Shown here: positions 54,504 through 64,000 of the stretch, one piece after another
Layout of the letters: every line of letters starts with the position of its first letter
Position numbering within the stretch: position 1 is the stretch's first letter
Origin: Azolla caroliniana
Lineage: Eukaryota > Plantae > Polypodiophyta
Assembly: GCA_043228905.1 (NCBI GenBank)
Contig: JBHGNT010000022.1
Coordinates: 1,488,001-1,552,000 of the forward strand
Direction: 5' to 3'
DNA: 64,000 nt
Program-made: the position numbers and the translations under genes
The notes under the pieces: generated by a model
What the model was told of the DNA's origin: nothing
What the model saw: only the letters and a program-made list of their open reading frames with translations
Database searches by the model: none

Positions 54504-57500
54504 TTAACTTCTTTTGAAGAGGTCAAAATGGCTTATAAGACCAAACCCCTGCTAGAGAAAAAAAGAAAGAAAGAAAGAAAGATATATTAACGTCTTCTGA
54601 GGCCAAAATTGGCCCATGAGACATGATGTATCATCCACATAGCTTTTTTCAATCTATGTCATGATGTAATTACATTTTCAGGATTTCATCAAACGTAGTT
54701 TGATGTTAGATAATCATGCGTCCTAAATTATTATATCTGAGAAAGGATAAATGAGGATCCTCGAGGTTTCAACATAGACATAAATGAAAGAATGATACAT
54801 CATTCAGATTTGTCATCAGCATCATGCTCTGCCACAATGCATCATGCACAATGATGATGATAATGCTGATGATTATGATGATATATGGTCCACTGGGGGC
54901 CTATATGATTCATATCGCTTTCACCAGACGTGTAGGAAGTGATGGAAGAATTTGAAACCCAGTATTACCTTCTAAGAACTCATGAAAATCTTGCCCGATG
55001 TTCTCAAATGCAAGATCCGTCAGAATTGACAACTTCTTCTGTTTTTGGCACATTAATACCACATAGGTTACATAGTCTATTTTCCTGCTCAACACTCAAC
55101 CAACCTCCAGTGTCTATTTTCAACTGTGTGATGAGCATGTATGCATCAGTGTGATGGCATGTTGTGCTTGCTTGGCATGGGTGACTGGGTGGGAGTTTTG
55201 GACATCGTTCAGCTGCCTTCAGTAATTTTCCCGATTTGCACTTAAATATTCCAATGTGTTTAAGTAAAACATCGCCTCATGTTTCTCATGTGCCTTTCTT
55301 TTCATCTATGTGCACAGCCAAATATTCTTCAACATGCCATCTTGCAATCCATTTCCAGATGTCCTGGACCTGGACCTGGCTGGATGAAGGAAATTTGTTT
55401 TTGTGGTTTTCCGTGGTAAACTTCCCGTTTTCCATGCTAGCCCTAGTGAGGTGATTTGTCAAATCATCGAAAAATATCTCTCAATATGGTTTGATGGATG
55501 AGATGAGAACCCTGCAATAATCTGGTCATCCTTGGGTTTAAAATCTGTGAGGTAGACCTAAATGTCCTTTAAGAAATATCTTATAACATGTTAATCTTCA
55601 ATTTAGAAATGTAGGCCTCTGTTACTGTTTGATTGTCTGTACTGCTACCATAGTGTAGAGTACAGTTTGGGTAAAATGTGCAAAAAAAAGAAGGAAAGGG
55701 GAAATGTGGAGTCAAAATGTAAAATGTTAAACATTGTGGAAATATCCTTTTGTAAATGTAAATGGCAAGAAATATAATAACCTAAACACAGAGAACTAAA
55801 TAACTCATGGACACCCTTCAAAATTTCAAGGCTCATTGGCATGATGGATATGAAGCATCTTAGCACGTTCTATTCAGAATATTTCTCACCAAGAATATAT
55901 TATTTGCTAGTATATCTGGAGCTGCATCCTCAGTTTTGTTACTGAGGATGGATTTTTGTCTAAGTTTTGAGCCTAACTTTGGTCACTTCATTAGAAGTCC
56001 AATTGACATTGACTTAGGAAGATTGTCACATTTGAGCTCAACTTGTTGTTTGTTGTTTTCTTCTTCACCATGCAGAGGTCACTTGGCGCCATCTTTGCTG
56101 ATCAACCGTAAATGATATTCATGCTGTTTAGATAGGGAAAGGGATTTTTATGATGTTGGAAAATTCAATCAAATGGAAGTTGGAACTATATAAAAACCAT
56201 CAACATGAAGAGTTTTTTAAATGAGTTCTAGAAATGTTCATTGTATTTAAAAAGTGTGTTGTGCATTTGAAATGATGTCATAGTATTGAGCGTCTCAAAC
56301 ATGTATAATTTAGATGTCAGAAAAGAGAGAGAGAGAGCCTGAGCCTAGATGGATGTAGCTCAGTTGGTAAGGTTGCCCAATGGAGACCAGGTGGTCATGG
56401 GTTCAACCCCTAATTAAGAGATATATAAGAAGTATATAATAGAGAGGTGAGGAAGTTGGGTTTCGAACCCAGAATGCAGTGCTTGTAGTGCTACCAAACT
56501 TACCACTAGGGTAAGGTAATTACGATAAAAAAGAAAAGAAAAAAGAGACACACACACACATAGAAATTGAAGAGTTTTTCAAATCAAGGTTCTTTCCCTG
56601 TCACTGGAGCTTCTGAACTGTGGCATCATGTCATAAGTTAGTGTGTATTTGGTGCATATGTCAATAACTCATCAATATGTTTTTGCACCTGGATAAGCAA
56701 AAAACGGTTAGCATATCCATTTCCATTGAAAAACATTTCCACCTTCTGCATTTCCCTGCCACACCTTTGTCATCTTCTCTGAAGGAAGCTCAAAGGCAAT
56801 ATCAGTTTTGTTTGACTGAAGGAGAGAAGAATCTCTCACACATATCTCTAACCACTTTCTGTATGTATGGCAGTGCATCTAAGGTGCAAGGGTATTTCCC
56901 CAGATGACCATCCAGCAAATGCTGAAGTGGTACTAAATCAGTCAATTATGACCAATTCCATAAATTCAGTGGTTTGAATTTAAGCTATTTTGCCTTACAA
57001 TTTAAATATTCTATTTTTGTCTTTTTCTTAATCCTCAGGAGCGGGTGAGCTTATATGACACTAAAATTGGGTATTATTTGGATGATCTCAGAGGTATGAA
57101 TTTGCTATGTCAAATTGAAACCCATGCAATATCATGAGTTGTATCTCTGTAAATTATGCAATGAATCTGTAATTCATGGAAATGATCAGCCGAGTAGCCT
57201 TGGTTTTATTTCCAAATTGTATCTTAATGGTCAGTTAAGTGTATGCTCTAATATGCAAGAGTTATTCATCATTCTCATTGTAAACTCTTATTTCATATTA
57301 AGGTCCACGACATCGAACTACACTTGTAAATGTTCAAGCTGCGAATCGAATGATTGAACATGCTATTCCTGATCTGACAGAAGGTAATAGATAGGCTCGT
57401 TAAAGTGATGTATATTATTTGTTTCTTGAGCATTCTGGCTTATGAACAGAAATTTACTTTAATACTGGTGAGTGGTTGCAGATCAAAGGAAAGACCTTCA

Positions 57501-57639
57501 ATTGAAAGCATCGAGGAAATCTAGGAATTTGCCAACCAGGCCAGTCAGACCTGAACAGACAAAGTCACTTACAGAGGCTGTATCATCTTTTTTGGAAGAG
57601 GCAAGGAAAGAATTACAAGAAACCCAGAAGGCAGAATAG
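54202..57639 (+). CDS. RRP47: C1D/Rrp47 (Sas10/Utp3/C1D family) exosome cofactor; 5 exons
   Basis: Exons 54202-54415, 56874-56929, 57039-57093, 57303-57383 and 57482-57639 are in frame. Motifs LSPLHRA, LRCKGISPDDHP..EVERVSLY and VNVQAANRMIEHAIPDL. Confidence 0.88.
56350..56515. repeat. Two convergent tRNA-derived (SINE-like) Pol III heads in the C1D intron
   Basis: On +: A box TAGCTCAGTTGG (56356) and B box GGTTCAACCCC (56400). On -: A-box-like TACCCTAGTGG (~56513) and B box GGTTCGAAACC (~56469). Neither folds into a valid cloverleaf. Confidence 0.55.
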
Positions 57640-58660
57640 ATGGGAAACTGCTTTTAGAGCTGAAGACAACTTTTGGGAAATGCTTATATATGAGAGAATT
57701 AGACAACTCTTTAAAATTTTGAAGTAAAAAATTTGAACGGCAATACACTTGTACAGCTATAGTTTTGTAAATGAATTTGAAAGGATGAATGGGGGGTCCA
57801 ATATAAAGCCTATATGGAAGTGTTCCGAAAGTGATTATTTGAATGTGTACTCCTGAAAAATAAAAAATATCGAAAACTCCAAACATTTTTTCATCATGAT
57901 GTTGCTTTATAGCAATAACTGTGCCATAGTTGCTGAGATATGCAAGCTTTTTCATTCAATGACAAATTATTGAATAGTTCATGGCTAATGATAACACTTT
58001 TGATTCTTAACCTCCATCACTAAAATTGTGTTTATAAGCAATACAATTTTGGCGAGAGAAGGTTCATATTGCTATTCATTCTGGCACTTCAGTTATATGC
58101 AAACAGTGGTTTGTGCATTTACATGGTTTACGCCTCAGTTTGTGGTTGGTGATACCTGAATAAAATTTCATAAGATGCTTAAGGTCAATCATTTTGATAT
58201 TATGTTTAAGCATACATCTTTCACATCCAAATTGACTGAATCATAGTTTTCTTAAAATTTCAGTTGTTTGAGAGGTTAAGATCAGTTAAATAAAAAAATT
58301 AGTTAAGTTTTAGATTCCTCAAGTAACATAGGCGTCTTTATTTTCATCTTGTATATTTCTGTTTTCTATTGATGTTTTTATTCATTCCATTAGTTAATGC
58401 TGCCACTAGTTTTGTGATGCTCTATGATATATTGGGATGCTATCTCAGCATTTGTTTTTTGGTGCATTACCGTATGTTTATGCTGTCTACTATGTGCATA
58501 ACTCGGATGACATGAGCAACATTTGTGTAAAATTGGAAAATGTGAGGATTGGAAGTAATAATGATGTGTACCCTATTGATTTTCTCTCATACAAAGCAAG
58601 AGATGCATTACTCACATAATGCTAGAACTCAATTTTAGTATGCATTCGTCATTAGAATTT

Positions 58661-61600
58661 TTATCGTCCATAAAGAGGCCAATTTTGACCTATGGGACCA
58701 GAGTATACATGTGTTCTTGATATATGTGTCCTTCCTAAGAAGGGGTATTCATACGTTGAAGCACAAAATCTCTGTGTGTTAATAAAGCATACACATGAGC
58801 TCAACCTTCTAGGTGGTGTCTTAAGTATGGATCTTAAGTTATCACTCCCTCTTAGTATGTCATATCTTGAACGAATTGCACTATATGTCAAGCATGTGAA
58901 GAGCAAGTGACATTCATCCTCTACCATGCCTTCATTACATACTTTACATGTCTTCAAATTCGTAACATTTTGATACCATGATGCAACTTCAATACCTAAC
59001 TTGTGAGATCGAGTGCGAAGTAGTGTAAGGGCTCTACGAGCATTGCTACTCATATTGGTAATGAGATAAGGTTGGATACGATCAATAGACATTCTTGCTT
59101 TATATTGAGACCAACATTCAGGGTTGACATTTGCAATGTAGTATTCTAGCTTTGTCCTCTTAGCATCCTCCCATTTCATCCTTAATGATTCCACTAACCT
59201 TTCCTCAATCATTACATATTGCATAGCATTGCCAGAAAGCTCTAAAAGATCATTCACACCCCATCTTCTAAACCATTTTTTTATGTCAACAACCCAACCA
59301 AATGAGAGAATGTTACTTTTATGATTCTTTTGTAGCTTACATCCAACATTCTAAGAAAGACGTGGTAATCGATGATTCGGCATATTCTTGACTTTTGTAA
59401 TGTATTTATATACTCTTTGGAGTGCCAATAGTTCTATGGGTCGAACACCCGTTTCCAAGAGCATAACCTGGTAAGAGGTAGTGCATTTAACTCCTAATTG
59501 CCTCCTTAAAAACATCTTTTGAATTTTCTCAATCTCGTTCCATGCATTACGAGAGATGGGGCCACCCCATACTTCTACTCCATAAAGCAATACTTGAGTT
59601 ACCATGGCATTGAACAACATTAATTTTACTTCCCATCCACAAGTATCACTTTGGTTGCTTTGGTTCTCCAAAAGGTAATATGATTTCCAACCGGCTTGGA
59701 GTCTAGAATCAAAGCATGCACTCCATTTATTTGTGGCGGGTACATCAATACCAAGATATTTAAAGCTTTTAACAAATTGTATATGTTCACCTTTATATGT
59801 GAGCATAGGGTAATGATGAGGTTGGATGGTTTGCACTACCATCATTTTTGTTTTCTCTACATTCACTGCTAGTCCACTACTATGGCAAAATTCTTCTAAT
59901 ACCCCAAGTAAACGTTGCATACTATCAACATCATATGAGAAGAGTACCACATCATCTGCATATAGAAGCAATAAGATAACATGTTGCATCAAATTGGGGT
60001 CATTCCATCCTTCTTCTCTTGCAACCTTATTCACCACTTCTTCTAATTTATCAATACATAAGCCAAAGAGTGTGGGTGATAGTGGACATCCTTGCTTGAC
60101 CCCCATGTTATTTAAAAAGCTCTTTGAGAATCCACCATCCATTTTTAGTTGGCATTTAACTTGTCCATATAGGTGTGCAACCGCAACTCGGTACTCTAAT
60201 GGCATGTCAATGTCTACCATTCTATTCCAAAGCTCACTTCGTGGTACGGTATCAAAAGCTTTCTTGAAATCAACAAATCAACAATAAAGTGTTTATCCTT
60301 GTAGTCGACTCTCTTCCATGATTACTCTTAATGTGACCAAATGATCCACGGTGAAGTGTTTTGGTCTAAATCCAGCTTGCCCAAGTGCTCTTTTGCTTGT
60401 ACTCTCAGCCCATGTGCTTATCTTTTGCTCCATAATAGTACTATATAATTTAGCAATAGTTGAGCTCACCATTATTGTATGATAATTTGCTACTTGATTC
60501 TTATCTCCGCCTTTAAATATTGGTTTAATCCAATTCATAAGCCAATTATTTGGAAATCCTTGTTTATAGCTTGCTCTAAAATTGTCATTATCCAATGACG
60601 AGTGTGTGGCATTGTCCATTTTAAAAGCTCACTTGAGATGTAGGTTGAATTTGCTGCTTTCCCACTTGCCATCTTCTTTATTCCCTTATTGACATCATCA
60701 ATATCGATACATGTAGTGCATGGAGTTTCAATTTTCTCAACCATAGGAGCCACACCTTCATGCATATATAACCTTTGTACATAGTCTAGCATCTCTTCAT
60801 TTGTAAAGTGACCTTTCACATCTTCTTTCTTATCCTTGAGTTGTCCCCATGCTAATTTTGGTTTGAGCTTAAACAAGTTTTTCTTTTTCATCTCTTGCAT
60901 TTGGAAATGTCTTCTTTTCTTTCTCCTCATTACTTTATTGTATATGTGCCATGCAACAATCTTTTCATTCCCCCCTTCTATGAACTTAAACCATTTGAGA
61001 TACATCTTACATTCATCGTCGAACCAAGAATTACATGGAAAACTACACGCCTTATGGCCACCCACATGTCTCTTAAAGCATTGACATCCAACCTTAAGGA
61101 TTATATCCTTCAAATGTTGCCAATTTTCTTTAACATCATTGCTTAGAGAAAAATTTAACAAATGGTTCTCCACTTCATTTGCATACATCTTAGCTTTTTC
61201 GTAACAAGGTCGGATGATACATCTCTTTTCGTCTTTCACTTCATGACATCTAGTGGAATGTGGAATTGCAAGCTCTAAGTACAATGGCTTGTGGTCTGAG
61301 TCCGGAGATAGAGAACCAACTTTAAACACATTCACCAATGATAGATCACATGCCAACATTAATGCATAATCAACCACACTTCCTCCACCCCAGGATGGTA
61401 AACATGTGAGCACATTTGTCAATGGGAATGTCGTTTTACCATTTAGGATAATCAAGTTTGTGCAATTTAGCATTTGTATCAAAAGTTTTCCATAATCTGA
61501 CATGACACAATCCTCTGAGTCATGCAATAGACAATGTTCTACTACATTTTCTTCAAATGTCTCCACGTTTTGGAAATTTCCAACTCTTGCATTGAAGTCT

Positions 61601-62070
61601 CCCATAATTAAAACTTTACCAAGCTTCTCAAATGAAAGTATATCATGGCATAACTCTGTAAAAGGATCATCACAATCTAACCCAAACCTACTATAGTAGT
61701 TTGAGTCTTTGTGAGGAATGTAACATGCAACTATATACAACTTCTCTTTCCCCAAATTAACCTCTATCCATATGTATCTCTTATAGTCATCATATTTGCA
61801 TACTTTGATAGAATTATCTAAGCTCTCATGGTAGATACATGCTATCCCGGCACGCCCAATATTCCCTTTGGAGTGAGGCCATATCAATTCTATGAGGTAA
61901 CCGTCTATCTTAGGTATACGTTTTGCCTCATGCTCCCATGTTTCAGCCAAAAATATAATATTCATACCTTGAGCTACATCATTGAGTCCTAAACCCTTAT
62001 TCCATGGACATCCTCTACAATTCCAAAACATTACTTTCAATCGTGAAGCACTTATAGTCCCATAGGTCAT
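58661..62070 (-). mobile_element. LINE (RTE/RTEX-like): APE endonuclease, RT and C-terminal Cys/His motif; frameshifted
   Basis: ORFs 60535..62070 (FWNCRG, LAETW, MGDFNA, VDY, SDHKP), 60293..60619 (QAGFR), 59351..60220 (GVKQGCPLSP, LYADD, KYLG) and 58661..59257 (CKVC...EDECHLLFTC). Confidence 0.9.
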
Positions 62071-62766
62071 TGCTTGCTATGCAATGGTGACATCTATTCA
62101 AAGAAAGTATCAAAAGAGAGACCTGCATGATTCTTTCATAGACTTTTAGAATGAAGGAAAGAAGGGATCCACATGAATCCATGGTTAAACTAAAACGCTC
62201 CTAGAGTGCAAAATAGATTGTGAAGAGTGTCTTTATTGAAGCAATTAAATGGGGGAGTCACATATGGCATCAATATGATCCCTTTAAAAGTTTTGGATTG
62301 TCTTGTAAGAAGTATGCTAATGCAATCACATGTGCATTTATTGGAATCCATAGAAAATGTAGAAAAAGTTTGAAATAATGGTAAGGGTGTTTTGAAATGA
62401 TCAATTGGACTCAATGGGATCACACCAAGAAGCAACTTAGAGAAATGAAGAAGTGATTTCGGAAGGGATAGTTGGGAATTGGGATATGGATGTGATGTTA
62501 GAAATATGAGAAGATATGTCATTGTGGTAATATAAGGAAGAGGTTGATTGGCAAAAAAACAATTGTAAAGAAGGATGATTCTTGAGCAATGCTATATAGA
62601 ATGACCAATGGAAGTTAGCCTAGGTGATGATGCCCTTGTAATGATAGGAAGAGCTTTGGAAAATATAAGGCTTTAGGGAACTTAGGAGATAAAAAGAGTG
62701 TTAGAATGACCACAAAGTGTTAGCATGGTATGGAGGGTGAGTACCCATACATTGTTAACATGGTGA

Positions 62767-62925
62767 TATAGGGTGTTAGAATGACCATAAGGTGTCACTA
62801 TGCACCATATAGGGTGTTAGAATGACCATAAGGTGTCACCATGCACCATATAGAGTGTTAGAATGACCATAAGGTACCGCTATGCACCATATAGGGTGTT
62901 AGAATGACCATAAGGTGTCACTATG
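62767..62925. repeat. 41-bp tandem repeat (~4 copies) overlapping the AP2 gene stop codon
   Basis: Unit ATATAGGGTGTTAGAATGACCATAAGGTGTCACTATGCACC. Confidence 0.9.
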
Positions 62926-63483
62926 GTCAGCAAGAGAATGACAAGAAGAGGACCAACCCTCAACTAGTGGATCGTGGTCATGATTCCCATCATAATGAGA
63001 GCCGGCGGATACTTCGTCCATATTATGCCGGTTATCAACAAGGACAGGATCCTCGATTCCAAGGCCCATATAAACACTGTACTCTTGGTCGACAACAATG
63101 TTGTGCTCACATTGTATTGGGGGTGGGTGTTGATCCTCGTCAGAAACAGTCGGCCGATCCGCGTCCGTCTCTATACCCGTCACTTCAAGGAGGCCTTTGT
63201 CCGCGGCTGCATAAGCATTGACCATGCGTTGGATCGACTTGGGCGACACACCGGATGACCGAGCTTCGTCCGCTTCGGGCGGCGGCGGCGATTCCGGGAA
63301 ATTGAGAGCCACTTGGTGGCGGCCACGCAAGCACACGGCTGCATAATCGTATGCCCGAGCGGCGGATTCTCGTGTCTCATACGAGCCGAGCCATATTCGG
63401 GACCTCTTGTTCGGCTCCCTGATCTCCGATACCCACTTGCCCCAACTCCTCCTACGCACTCCTTTGTAGCTCTTCTCTTCCAT
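62899..63483 (-). CDS. AP2/ERF transcription factor, DREB subfamily
   Basis: Intronless. AP2 domain [19 protein letters not shown]...RIWLGSY...AARAYD...LNFP with DREB-type V14/E19, an SPKSIQ motif and a C-terminal LWSF. ATG at 63483, after a (GT)n run. Confidence 0.92.
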   Translation of the reverse strand: MEEKSYKGVRRRSWGKWVSEIREPNKRSRIWLGSYETRESAARAYDYAAVCLRGRHQVALNFPESPPPPEADEARSSGVSPKSIQRMVNAYAAADKGLLEVTGIETDADRPTVSDEDQHPPPIQCEHNIVVDQEYSVYMGLGIEDPVLVDNRHNMDEVSAGSHYDGNHDHDPLVEGWSSSCHSLADHSDTLWSF

Positions 63484-64000
63484 ATCAACACACACACACA
63501 CACACACACACAAGGATCACCCACCAAGTGAGAGTTTCACAACACAATGTTTCGACATTAATAAATGGGGTCCCAAGGTATCTTTTTGTGTGCCAATCAC
63601 TTGGGGTCCATGGTCTTCTTTTTTGACTTAGTCTTATACGATGGGAAGTCAAAAGGCTTGGCCATGTGCTTCAAATTCCTACCCCACGTGACAAAAAATT
63701 GTTGCAAAAAGACTATGAAAAAAATTGTTATGGCATCTTCAATTCTTTTGCTTTGCCGAATGGCGTCATAAAACAAACGAATGTTGTTTCATCATCATGT
63801 GCTTAGGACTTCTATGATTTTCAAGGAATGCAAAGAGTTTTTCTTGTTGCAACACTTGTTATATTTTTAAAGACATGGGTGTGCTTCTTCTACACCTCTT
63901 CGGATGCATTCTTGGTCTCTTAGATATGTCAATTCACTTCTTCTTCTTGTATTCTATTCTCTTCTTTTACAACAAAATCAAGTGAAGTAAATGGTTAACT

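Noticed and set aside
56350-56420. Possible intronic tRNA gene
   Set aside because: A and B boxes are present, but the acceptor and anticodon stems do not pair; kept only as a SINE-like head.

Overview
Eukaryotic land-plant nuclear DNA, probably a fern or other seed-free plant (inferred from a Tcn1-like chromovirus, the intron-rich genes and the repeat landscape). Positions 1-24.6 kb are a decaying tandem array of tRNA-Arg genes on the - strand: at least one perfect and one near-perfect tRNA-Arg(UCU), plus about 10 degenerate or interrupted copies. Four LTR insertions interrupt the array: a Copia 3' end, a 15-kb non-chromovirus Gypsy (itself carrying a nested, apparently self-priming Tcn1-like chromovirus), an LTR-like fragment and a full-length Copia. 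Positions 25-64 kb are gene-rich: an EBS7-like ERAD gene, a secreted double-DUF26 protein, a SET/Rubisco-LSMT-like methyltransferase, two identical tRNA-Asn(GUU) genes, RPS27, C1D/Rrp47, a DREB-type AP2/ERF gene, an RTE-like LINE and decayed TE remnants. The most striking observation is the outer Gypsy: it has an inward-facing tRNA-Arg primer-binding site next to both LTRs and no polypurine tract. This suggests tRNA priming of both DNA strands, and the element is inserted inside a tRNA-Arg copy. All calls come from reading the sequence by eye; no searches were run.
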